From Yuukianura sp. NJ FZ-2021 (Eukaryota), in contig CM102284.1 of assembly GCA_046563655.1 (NCBI GenBank), positions 1,612,001-1,676,000 of the forward strand: a stretch of 64,000 nt of DNA, given 5' to 3'. A program made the position numbers and the translations under genes. Under the pieces are notes generated by a model. The model made no database searches, had not been told where the DNA came from, and worked only from the letters and a program-made list of their open reading frames with translations. Shown here piece by piece: positions 49,522 to 61,129 of the stretch. The number at the start of each line of letters is the position of its first letter. The first letter of the stretch is position 1.

Positions 49522-51474
49522 ATGTCTAAAAGAATTTTGGTTTTTACGATTTTGATACCACTTTGCCTGTCAGTGGGCAAGTCAAACTTGGACAATTTTG
49601 TAAATTGCCTTCAGCAAAATGGTTTATCGGAAGATTTGATTGTGACCAATAAGGATTCCGACTTGTATCGAGAACTCGATTTCCAAGAAGAGTTTTCCCC
49701 ATACGACGTCAAACCTGCAGCATTTGTTCTACCGGAAAACGCTGGTCATGTCAAGGTCATTGTTTCGTGTGGAAAATGTCATGCAGTTCGAATCGTACCT
49801 AAATCCGGCGGTCACTCGTCAGAAAAATATTCGTTTGGGGATCCGTCCTCAGTTGTCGTTGATCTTCGGAAATTAAATTCCATCGTTCTTGACAAATCGA
49901 GTAGAAAAGTTAGCGTCGGCGCAGGAACACGTGTAGGTCCACTGCTTAAAGCACTTTGGAATCAAGGTAAAATGTTTTTCCCGACAGGAATTTGTCCAAC
50001 GATTGGAATCGGAGGTCACGCAACCGGCGGTGGCCACGGTTTTTTGGCCAGAACGTACGGCCTTACATTGGATTACATTTTGTCCATGGACGTTGTCATA
50101 GCCAATGGGTCATTACTCACAGTGAGTCATGTGACTGGAAGTGACCTGTTTTGGAGTCTGCGCGGAGCCGGTGCCAATTCGTTTGGAATTGTCACATCTT
50201 TTGTATTCAGAACAGTTCCAGCTCCTCGGGCAGTAAAAGTTAGGACGCTGAAATACAGTTTGAAAAAATTTAAGAAAGTGTTTTCGGCTTGGCAGAATTT
50301 TCTTGTACAGGGTACGCGAAGCATAAATGGTCAACTGTACATAGACGAAAAAGAAATTCGAATATACCTGTTCAGTGTCATCCCGCCATTTTTTGAACAA
50401 ATCGACAGCAGTTTCCCGCCAACTCACTACAATACAACAAAATCTTTATCATATCCAGAGTTTCTTCACTATCAAGCGTACGCCTTCCCCGAGTCTTCCG
50501 GTGAGCTGAGTTCTAACTTACGAGGGAACATCCCCAACCTGTCTTTGAGTTTTTGAATTTAAAAAATACAGTCATATTCTGCATGTCAAAAGAAAATTTT
50601 GTGTAATAGTTTCGGTTGCCAACGCCGAAAAAAAATACCCCAACATGCATGGGCTCGAACCCCCGGACACACTCCAGGAAGTAGCAAGATTTTTTATGTC
50701 AAATTCTTCAGCAGAAAACGTCCAAATTGTATGCCATAACATCCTAACCGCGTTTTCTGTTGAAATATTTGACATTAAATTTTTTTCACTCCTCTGGAGC
50801 CACGGGTTCGAGCCCAGGTATGGGAATTTTTTTTTTGGCGTTGCCAACCGAAACTAAGGTAGAAAATTTTCTTTTCACATACAGAATATGACTGTATTAT
50901 TTAAATTTAAAAACTGGACAACAGGTTGGGAATGTTTCCTCGTTAGAAATAATCAAAGGCATTTTCAGGTGACGAGTCAATCAGCTCTGCAGGTGAAAAG
51001 CCTAACTCATCTCAACAACGACCGAACATCATTGGAAAGTCTTTCTTTGTTCAAAAGGCTCTCAAGGGTGCCGAAATTACTGAACTGCACACATTGTTTG
51101 ATGAGCAGCCAACAAATGCCACTTTTCGGTTTGAAGGCTACGGTGGCGCTATCAACGACCTAGAAGACAGCGCAACGTCGTTTGTGCACAGAAGAGGAAG
51201 GCTTGCAAACGCAGTTGTGAGGTTCGAGCAAAGTGGAGACACAAACTTGAATTCCCGTGGAATAAATTGGATTAAAAAATTCTATAAAAATGGTTGCGTT
51301 CTCTTCGATAGTCATGAAACTTATCAAAATTATCCCGATCGAGAAATAAAAAATTATCTACACAGGTACTATGGACGTAACCTCAGGCGCCTAATTCAAA
51401 TCAAGCAAAAATATGATCCAAATAACTTTTTTCGGTACCCACAATCAATACCTCATGTAAGCCGCATCAATTAA
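49522..51474 (+). CDS. Secreted berberine-bridge-enzyme-like FAD oxidoreductase (VAO/PCMH family), 2 exons
   Basis: Exons 49522-50500 and 50969-51474; KSGGHS (His) and GICPTIGIGGH (Cys) bicovalent-FAD motifs, DLFWSLRGAG..FGIVT, YQNYPD, YYGRNLRRL..KYDPNNFF..QSIP. Confidence 0.92.
50607..50856. mobile_element. MITE in the BBE-like gene intron
   Basis: Inverted ends TAGTTTCGGTTGCCAACGCC / GGCGTTGCCAACCGAAACTA, extending imperfectly through GGGCTCGAACCC / GGGTTCGAGCCC; possible TA TSD. Confidence 0.8.
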
Positions 51475-51571
51475 TTATTTTTTTTGAAAATAAAGAGAAG
51501 TAGTGCAGAAAAGTGCATTAAATTTATTTCGGTGTATATTTTAATATGGGTGAGCGAAAGCTTTGGTAATT

Positions 51572-52920
51572 TTACAAAGCAATTAAGAGATCGATTATGT
51601 TAGAAACGACTACATCTCCCCAAATATACAAAATAAATTCCATGGATTCAAATGACGCAGCGTTTCCAACCGTGACACGTAACGGCGTCATGGCTAGCCA
51701 AAACTTTTCATCGTATTTGGCCTTGTTCCGCACTTGTTTCCTGGTAACTGCAATGATTTCTTTAGATAGTAGATGGTGATTGGTGGCTAAGGTGTGTATA
51801 ATGGTAGTAGAAAAAATTGCAACAAAATCAGAAATGAAAACAGCAAATACAAGCGGAAGAGTTATTTCAGCACATCTAATCATTATAAAAGTTAAGGTAA
51901 TAACAGCAACTATGGCGTTGGCAAACCAGATAGTAAATCCTAAGCCGTAGGCTATATTGAATTCTTGTCCAGTCGCTTTAAGCTTCAAGTACTCCAATGT
52001 AAGTGGTACAGTTGACAAGACCTCGGAATCATTAGTCGTTCCTGCATTGTCGGCTGGCATTTCGCTGCAAAGAAAAAACATATGAGCAATAAAACTAAAT
52101 AATAATATAATGAAGAATAGCGTTATAATTTTTATAATAAAAATAACACCTTTATACATTTATTAATTTTTGTAACTTATTTTTTTCTGTAACTAACAAC
52201 AGCTTTGTACCTTCTTAAAAGTTCCACTAATCGCTGCTTCGTTACGAACAAATATGAGCACAACCAATGAGCATACACAAGGACATTGACTACAGCATGC
52301 CCCAAACCAATTGAGATTATTCCAATTGCACCAAGTTTAATTACAGTGTAAGTCCAAATATATGCACTGGAGTCGGGCGCGGCAGAAAAAGTGACTATGG
52401 ACACCGCAAGTCCAATTCCTTTATGCAATGAGCCAAAGAGTGCAGGAAATTGCCACCAACCAGCAAATAGCACAGGAAAGTACAGCATAGGGTAAATGAA
52501 TGCGTTGCAGCAGAAGAGAAAGCATAAAACTTCATAAGATCGCGGCAATTGTCCAGACAAATGGAACATTGCTTCTAGCGCAACGTTTGCTACATTGATG
52601 CAACGTAGGCGGAAGGCGGGAATAAGTTGAAAGAATTGAACCGCGTTCATTATGTTGAAGATGCCGTTTGCACCAATCGCTAGCGCTGTTTCGAATGCTG
52701 TTGTAGAACCAAAGAATGCTTCGTAGTACCAGTACGTTATCGCGCTTGTAACTACGGCAGTTGAAAAGATTGCAAATATTTTGCGTACTGATTCATCCCG
52801 AGTGTGGACGATGGAATCGGGTCCATTGCGTCCAAATTTGTATGAAACTGGGATGTAGTGCAGAAGTGCTCCCCATCCATACATAAGTTTTACCCACAAA
52901 TTTATCCTTCTACGAAACAT
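51572..52920 (-). CDS. Divergent 7TM chemoreceptor-like protein, 2 exons (paralog A)
   Basis: MFRRRINLW..., multi-TM; C-terminal KFWLAMTPLRVTVG..ESMEFILYIWGDVVVSNIIDLL. Confidence 0.7.
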
Positions 52921-53539
52921 GGTGCTATTTGGATCTCTGTCAGAGACTAAACTCAGACGTAAACGAGTTATTCGAATTGGTTTACCCATCCTGCCTGTGA
53001 GTGAAACCTTCAAAAATTTGACCTGCTTAATGCTAAATGAATTTCCTAGCTCAAGTTCCGTTTCGGCGGCAAAGTGTAGCAATACTGGTAGTGGTACTTT
53101 TGCTTTGGAATTCCTTTGATTAAATAGCATTCAAAGAAGCGAGTTGTGATGAGAATCCGGATGCCGGACGTGAGATTAAAACATTAAGAAATATTTGTTA
53201 TGAACGACCGCCTTTTCAAGGTGGATGTCAGAAATGTATTGACTCCGAGAATTTTCCATTCGAGTTACATGAAAAATTACTTTAATAAATTGGATATAAT
53301 AAAAAAAACTCTGGAATTGGGAATAGCAGTTAGATTCGCTGGTTGATAATGTATGCTAAAAGCTACAAAATCAACTTCAAGGTTATATTTCAGCTAGAAC
53401 TTTCGCGGAAGGCTTCATAAAAAATTTCACTGCCTCGTGTCATACCAAAGAAAATATAACTTTAGTATTAAAAACGAAAAATTTCAAAGAAAAACACTAC
53501 GGGAAATGAAACTTTTTAATAGGCTGCTTTAAGAAAAAG

Positions 53540-53760
53540 TTGTTGCATTATTCATCTCCTTATTCGCTTTCAGTGGTTTCAATTTTAACAGACTCAGGTT
53601 CTGACGTTGATGCTTGTGCATAGTCTTCAGCGTATTTCCCAGGTTTACGCTGGAAGTCAAAGGCAGTGACTGCGGTCTGAGCTGATTGGAGGGAAAGAAG
53701 CTTGGAGGAGACTGCAATGAGGTTCCAGAACATAAGTGTCGTGAAACAAAATATCAAAAA
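53540..53760 (-). pseudogene. Duplicated, frameshifted last exon of the Pro-rich gene at 63580-64000
   Basis: FPSNQLRPQSLPL and ETTESE match 63580-63775 but lie in different frames. Confidence 0.7.
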
Positions 53761-53785
53761 ATAGAAATTAAAAAAAAATCAGTAG

Positions 53786-53883
53786 GTCTCCGGAGTTTAA
53801 TTCAAACCAAGCAAAAATATGATCCTGAAAATTACTTTCGGTACCCTCAATCAATACCTCCTCATCTAAGCCGTACCGGTTAA
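53786..53883 (+). pseudogene. 3'-terminal fragment of a BBE-like oxidase
   Basis: LRSLIQTKQKYDPENYFRYPQSIP matches the end of the 49522-51474 gene; nothing homologous upstream. Confidence 0.8.
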
Positions 53884-54025
53884 TTTTTTTTAGAAATAAA
53901 ATTCAAAAAATTATCCAAATAAATATTTCTAATGGAATAAATCCAATCTAATACTAAATGCTGTTTAAGATCGCGTGTTAGTATTGTTTAAGAGGCGTGT
54001 ACTGACGTTAGATACCGAATACCGG

Positions 54026-54437
54026 TGTACTGAAATGAGTGTAACTCCGTAGACGACTTTGCAAGTTTGCAATAAGAAAGAAGTTATTGTCTTTTATTCA
54101 ATACAAGTAGGGATAAGGACACTAAGTCCTTGACCTCGCTGTGAGGCCTTACAAGTAGGGAATGTTCCAGAAAGACTGGAATGGAAGGAAAAGAATGAAT
54201 GTTCTAGGCTGGGTGCTGGCCGTATTTATACGGTCAGAAAGAAACATCAAAACGGAAACGAGGAGTTACGAGTAACTCCAAATTAGCATGAGTAAATTAG
54301 ACTTCTAATTTTAGATCTCTAACAAAAGGAAAATGTCTTTTGTTCTGCAGAAAATGAACTTTAACGAAAAGACAGATAATTAGCATGTGAACTCAAATGA
54401 ACTTTTAAGAAAAGTTGACGTTATGTTTTTCCTAACA
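54026..54437 (-). mobile_element. Solo LTR (412 bp), 4-bp TSD, Gypsy-like
   Basis: TG...CA ends flanked by CCGG at 54022-54025 and 54438-54441; on the minus strand TGTTAGG start, TATAAATA (54223-54230), then AATAAA (54093-54098), in LTR order. Confidence 0.8.
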
Positions 54438-54911
54438 CCGGTGCAAAGTTAAAGGTAATCAAGAAAAAACACTTTGTGCTCACACGGCATGAAACCTGGT
54501 TTACTTCAACCGCAATGCTAGGAGTTGAAAGCGGAAAAGCGAAATACTCTGAGAAAACGGTGAACGTAAGGCACAACGACTGACAATGTAACTGGAAAAT
54601 GTGGCCATGCCGTAATTAGTGGCTACAATAAGTGGCTACATCCTTATAGCAGTTGGCGTAGCCATTCTAACTTATGCTAAAAGGGCAACGATATTTTGGC
54701 GCGCAATGCAACCATTTCTTTCAGCTGCGGAGTGGCTACAATATAGGGCTACAATTATACTCGCTAAGCCTTACTTCAACCGAGAAACCAAAAAAGTGAA
54801 GTGAGGATTTGACTTTTTCGTTAATCGGTTAATAAGTATAAACAGAAGAATAGACAGTACTTAATCTACCCTAAACATTGTATATTTGACCGATTTATTT
54901 GCAGAGCTGCA

Positions 54912-56639
54912 ATGGTTAGTCCTGCGTGTTTCTTGTGTGGTGACAGGATCCGACGGCAACTGGGATTCAATGCTGGTGGTTTGACTGCTCAAAACAGACA
55001 AGTACTCAAATTTTTACGGCGATCGTGGTCCAATTCCCTGTTCACGCTCTTGAATTTGACCGACAGTTCGTGTCAGACGGCACTAGGAAGCGTACCATAC
55101 TGCATGTCTTGTCACCAAATAATTTTTGATGTGGAATTTGTAATCAGTACCATGTCTAAACTGGAACGTCGACTCGATCACTTCAGAAGCCAAGTAAAAG
55201 GCCTACTACTTCAATGCTACGAAAAGTCTCCATTGTATCGAGGGCTTATTGGACAACTTCTGTCATTCGAGGACTTGGAAGCAGCTGGGATTGACGCAGA
55301 GTAAGTTGTTTTTACGTAGGGAGTAAGTTGATGTTAAGTTGTACCTCAGATTTGCACAAACTGACTTGTGGCTTGTAAATGACTTAATTTGGATTTTGGA
55401 TTCAGGAATGGAGCATACGTAGATGACTGCGCCAATCTGACAGAAAACGATAAAAAACCGTTTTCGAGTGATCCTCTGGACGACGGAGAACACTACGAGG
55501 AAGTAGAACTTCAGAAAGTAGACGACGAGGACGACAACGAAGACTGGTTGTGGTTACCACCCTCTGCAAGAACAAATACATCAGAAAAGCAACAGCGGAA
55601 AACCTGCCTCCAGTCTCGCAAACGAAAAAGGGCCCCTGGTAAACCAGAAACGTTTCCATGCACAGTCTGTGAAGAAGTCGTGACTGGAAAAATAGCATTT
55701 CGGCGCCACATGCTGCTTCATACGGATCCCGAGGGTTCTTCGCCTCGCAAGCGAAAAAGGGCCCCTTCTAAACCAAAAACATTTTCTTGCCTTGTGTGTG
55801 AAGAAGTCGTGACTGGACAAATAGCATTTCGGCGCCATATGAAGGAGTTGCATCCTCCGGATTCCAAAGTTGCTTTCAAATGCCGCATTTGTATCAAGAG
55901 TTTTGACTCCGAAAATGAAGTTAAACAGCACGAGGGCTTACATGAGGCATTATCAAGCGATGGAATCAACCCTTTTCTTTGTGTTCTCTGCCCGGCCAAG
56001 CTAATCAGTCAGTATGATCTGGAGAAACATGTGTTGGCAGAGCACGAAACGAACGTTTTCAAGTGTGACCAATGTACAGAAGTTCGGACATCGGCGGAGA
56101 AGTTACGGTGTCACAAGAAGCGGGCCCATCTCGAGGGTGTGACGAAAATGTACAATTGTTCCGAGTGCTCGTATCAAGCAATTTTTCCATCCATGATTAG
56201 AACTCATGCCCGATTTCACAGCGAAAAGAGTTACCAGTGTGACATTGACAATTGCTCTGCTAAGTTCTACTTACAATCCCAACTAAACTTTCATCAACGA
56301 AAGTCTCATGGAGCTGATGGGAAACTGTATGCGTGTAACCTGTGTCCACGTACTTTTGTTCGGAAACTGTTACTCAAGTACCATCAAATGCATCATTCTA
56401 ACCTACGACCCTTCATGTGCGAAGTGTGTTCACTGACATTCAAGTCGGACAATAATTTAAGAACGCATCTTCGCAATACTCATTCGGAAAATAAGGTCAC
56501 TGGTGACAACTTGAAGTTACGACAACCTCGCAAAGCCCGTCTGTCAGTCGTCACTGATCAGATGCCAGCAGCATTGGTGTTCCAACCTATAGAAAAACCT
56601 CTGCAATCTCATTCTGAATTGAGCAATGTGAACAATTAG
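54912..56639 (+). CDS. ZAD-type C2H2 zinc-finger transcription factor
   Basis: Exon 1 has CFLC...YCMSC plus a helix (ZAD-like); exon 2 from ~55406 has an acidic linker and about 9 C2H2 fingers. Confidence 0.85.
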
Positions 56640-57533
56640 CGTATGAAGATTCATCCACATTAGGGATACTTTTATATTTCCTAATCGAATTACCTAATCG
56701 AATGACTAATGAAATCCCTGGAAGAAGAATAAACCAGTGGTTACAAGGCTTGGTGTTTTGTCGCAACGTCAACCAATTTATTCACAATGGCAAATCAGAT
56801 TTTGAAATCAGCAGAGTCCGAGGATTAGTGTGACAGGAAGCGAAATTTGTTAGTCAGCGAATAACGCTTAAGGTCGAACGTAGCAAAATTTTGAAAATGT
56901 GTTTACAAAATCATTTTGTAAGCAACCAGGCTTAAGTTTGTTATGTTGACTGTTCTGTATACGTCGATCACTTGAGCTTACAAAAGCGGAATCGACAGCA
57001 AACACGACATTAATAAAAAAAATTTCAATTCTCGGAATAAAAAAAAAACTTATGTTTGAAAATGACGTCAAAAGAAGACAAAATGTGCAAAACTTTGAAT
57101 TTGAATTTGAATAGAGCTCCAAAGCAGCTTTTTCAACCGCTTCGCCTGCACTACTTCTACTTCGATTTAAAAAATTTGGAAATTTACAATTTTGATTTAG
57201 AAAACTAAATAAATTTCATTATCCGGCGGAAAAACCATAAATTATTTTTAAATTCAGTTCGTCAACAGTATCGCAGATCCAGCATTGACTTAAACATTTT
57301 GTAATTTGAAGGTCGTTGAGAAGAAAGAGCTTAGAATATAAAACTACGTTGAAATTCATATTTTGAGTTTGAAAACAGCCTGCTGACGCTTGTTCTTTTA
57401 GTTCATAAATATTTGAAGCATACCGTGCAGAAATTCAGTTCTTGTTTCGTTTTGGTAAGTTCCAATAAAAATTACTTTTTCGAAAATAAAAATCAATACT
57501 TTTTTTTGTATATTTACAGTGTTACTTTTTAAA

Positions 57534-59258
57534 ATGATGTCTAAACTTAGCTTCGTACTGGTTGTTGCCAGCTTGATCGCCACCGCTCAAAGCCACTCCA
57601 TTGTTGAGAAAATCGTCCAGGACATTCTTGCCGCTCTGCCACCATGCCGTGCAGATCAAGCTCTCGTCAACGGCGCTTGCGTTTCAAAAGAAGGCGGGGC
57701 TTGTAGAACCTCTTTTTTCAGTTTCAGTACCGGTTGCATTCCAAATGCTGATTGCGTTTCTTCCAAATGCGTCTGCAAAGGAAATACTGAACCTATCAAT
57801 GGACTTTGCCTCAAGAAATCAAATTATGATTCTGGTTGTCTCTCTGACTACTCTTGCGACAATAGCCTCAAATGTATTCGCAAATCCCTGTTTTCCTATG
57901 CATGTTCATGTCCTGAAAATTCCAGTTACGATAGCAGCTACCCCAACATTGTCCATCGACCAGTTGTCGGTATTACCGCTGCAACCGTCGGTGCTTGCAT
58001 TAGAAACTGCGGACCACAAGCCACCTTCGACACAACAACACAAAGTTGTGTCTGTGTTGGAGAAACATACAAATCAGAGTCAGACGAATGCGTGCCAAAA
58101 AGCGGTGCAATTGAAAGCGAAGATGGAATCTACGCATGCCCAGTAGGAACAACATCGGAAGCAGAAGAATGCGCATGCTCTTTGGAGCACTCCGAACTTG
58201 TTGATGGCGTCTGTGAATGCCAAGGAGCAACTTTTTTTGATGGATCTGCCTGCCAGCCATACGCAAACGCCGAGCTCAGCGATGATAACGTATACGTCTG
58301 TCCAGCCGACACAATGCAAAACGACGAAACGACGTCCTGCGACTGCGTCGTAGCATCGGCAACGTATATTGACGGCTCATGTGAATGCCTTGGAGCATCT
58401 TCTCCTGATGATGAATCAAATCCAACTGCATGCCTTCCTTTTGAGAACGCTGTTCTCGATGAATCTAACATCTACGCATGCCCTGACTCCACATTGCCCA
58501 ACCCTGAACAGAAAACCTGCGACTGCCCCATGACATCCGCAGCGTACGTTGACGGCGCATGTGTATGCCAAGGAGATTCTTCTCCTGACGATGAAACAAA
58601 TCCAACGGAGTGTATTGGGTTCAAGTTTGCGGTTTTGGATGAGGCTGGAGTTTACGCATGCCCGGAAGGCACAATGGCTAATCCAGATACAAAGGAATGT
58701 CAATGCCCATTTGAGTCTGCACAGTATGATCCAGAAGCTGGAGTCTGCGTATGTCAAGGAGCATCTTCTCCTGATGATGAAACAAATCCATCGGTATGTA
58801 TCGGTTTCGAAAATGCCGTACTCGATGAATCTGCAACCTACGTTTGTCCGCCAAGCACCTTGCCGAATTCGGACAACCAGGTATGTGAATGTACAATGCA
58901 GGGTGCATCGTACGACCAGCAGTCGAAGCAGTGTGTATGTCAAGGTGCGTCGTACTCTGACTTGGAACAAAACCCCACAGCATGTATTCCATACACGGCC
59001 TCCATTCCTGACTCAGTTTCACCCGATACCGCTGTGTGCCCAGGCGAAACAACTCCCAACGATGAGTTTCGCGCATGCGTGGCTTCATGTGTCCTAGACA
59101 CTGAGCTCAGCACATGTACGTGTCCAGGGGATGCCGTTTCGATGAAGGATGGCCCAACCTGTGTACCATACACTGGTGCTGTGTACAACGGGGACGCTGG
59201 TAGCTTCCAGTGTTCTGGTGATACCACACCAGACGCCTCTGCTGAAGCGTGTATCTAA
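57534..59258 (+). CDS. Secreted acidic cysteine-rich repeat protein (EB-module-like N-terminus plus ~60-aa 6-Cys repeats)
   Basis: Signal MMSKLSFVLVVASLIATAQS; repeats such as CLPFENAVLDESNIYACPDSTLPNPEQKTCDCPMTSAAYVDGACVCQGDSSPDDETNPT. Confidence 0.8.
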   Translation: MMSKLSFVLVVASLIATAQSHSIVEKIVQDILAALPPCRADQALVNGACVSKEGGACRTSFFSFSTGCIPNADCVSSKCVCKGNTEPINGLCLKKSNYDSGCLSDYSCDNSLKCIRKSLFSYACSCPENSSYDSSYPNIVHRPVVGITAATVGACIRNCGPQATFDTTTQSCVCVGETYKSESDECVPKSGAIESEDGIYACPVGTTSEAEECACSLEHSELVDGVCECQGATFFDGSACQPYANAELSDDNVYVCPADTMQNDETTSCDCVVASATYIDGSCECLGASSPDDESNPTACLPFENAVLDESNIYACPDSTLPNPEQKTCDCPMTSAAYVDGACVCQGDSSPDDETNPTECIGFKFAVLDEAGVYACPEGTMANPDTKECQCPFESAQYDPEAGVCVCQGASSPDDETNPSVCIGFENAVLDESATYVCPPSTLPNSDNQVCECTMQGASYDQQSKQCVCQGASYSDLEQNPTACIPYTASIPDSVSPDTAVCPGETTPNDEFRACVASCVLDTELSTCTCPGDAVSMKDGPTCVPYTGAVYNGDAGSFQCSGDTTPDASAEACI

Positions 59259-59536
59259 TTTGAAGTATTTTTTGTCTAAAAAATAAACTTGAAAATCTAA
59301 ATTCGGGCCTAATAAAATCTTCATTTTAACACCAATTTAACAAATGACGGCAATACTTAATTATAAATTAAATGACATAAATACATGTATCACACTACAC
59401 ACTAAATATTTATTATTCGATCTTTTATTAAGCAAAATGTTGCATTCAAACTGTCGGTTTGTCTTCACCCGGCCCAGCAACGTACGTTAAATACATTTTC
59501 GTGTCTACTTTTACATGGTTATATGCTTTGGTAGTT

Positions 59537-61129
59537 TTACAAAGCAATTAAAAGATCGATTATGGTAGAGACGACTATTTCTCCCCATATGAATAAAATA
59601 AATTCCATAGATTCGAACGACAATACGTTTCCAACCGAGACACGTAATGGCGTCATGGCTAGCCAAAACTTTTCTTCGTAGTTGGCCTTTTTTCGCACTT
59701 GTCTTCTGGTAACTGAAATGAATTCTTTTGATATTAGATGCTGATTGGTAGCGATATGGAATATAATGTTAGCAGAAAGGATTGCAACAAAATCAGCAAT
59801 TCCAAGAGCAAATACAATCAGAAGAGGTATTGCAGCACTTCTAATCATTACAAAAGTTAAGATAATAACAGCAACTATGATGTTGGCAAACCAGATAGTA
59901 ACTCCTAAACCAAAGGCTATACAGAATTCTTGTCCAATCACTTTAAGCTTCAAGTACTCCAAAGTAATTGCGGCAGTTGACAAGGCCTCTTCTGAACCAT
60001 TTGTCGTCGCTGGATTGTCGGTTGACCTTTCGCTACAAAAAAAATATATGCGTAATTAGATTAAATAATAAATAATAATGAGTACTAATAATAGTCTAAT
60101 TTTTACTAGAATTTAATAACACATTGATAAAAAATTCACCTTTATAACAGCTTCATAATAGTGTTGCCAAACTGTATGTACTTACTGTACAGGATATTAT
60201 GTGGTAACTGCATCACTACTACATATTATGTAGTATGTGCAGTACGTCCAGGATTCATACAAATTTTGCAGTAGGTGTATATTATATACATTACGAAAAG
60301 CTTACTATGTTTAAGCTTGCTTACACATAGTACATGTAAAATGCACATCCATAATGTGTGTATAATACAGCATACTTTAATTACCCTTTTAAATTTTTCA
60401 TGATACAATAGGTTTTTACCTTCTTAAAAGTTCCACTAATCGCTGCTTTGTCACGAACAAATATAAGCACAGCCAATGAGCATATACAAGGACATTGACC
60501 ACAGCATGCCCCAAGCCAATTGAAATTATTCCCATTACACAAAGTTTAATAACAGCGTAAGTCCAAAAATATGCACTGGAGTCAGGTGCTGCCGAGAAGG
60601 TGAATACGGACACAGCAATTCCAATTCCTTTATGTAATGAGGCAAAGAGTGCAGGAAATTGCCACGATACAACAAGTAGCCCAGGAAGGAACAGCATAGG
60701 GTAAACGAATACATTGTAGCAGAAGAGGAAGCATAGAACTTCATAAGATCGCGGCAATTGTCCAGAGAAATGAAACATTGCTTCAAGTGCAACGTTTGCT
60801 ACGTTGATGCAACGAAGGCGGAAGGCGGGAATAAGTTGAAAGAATTGAACCGCGTTCATTATATTTACGATAGCGTTTACACCGACCAATAGTGTTGCCT
60901 CAAATTCTGTTGTAGAACCGAAAAAAGCTTCGTAGTACCAGTACATTATTGCGCTTGTGACTACGACAGTTGAAAATATTGCAAATATTTTGCGTACTGA
61001 TTGATCCCGAGTGTGGACGATGGTATCGGGTCCATTGCGCCCAAATTTGTATGAAACTGGGATGTAGTACAGAAGTGCTGCCCATCCATACATAAGTTTT
61101 AGCCACAAATTTATCCTTCGCCGAAACAT
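59537..61129 (-). CDS. Divergent 7TM chemoreceptor-like protein, 2 exons (paralog B)
   Basis: Closely similar to 51572-52920 with the same intron position. Confidence 0.7.

Noticed and set aside
57601-59324. Alternative-frame and antisense ORFs over the Cys-rich gene
   Set aside because: Shadows of a repetitive coding sequence.
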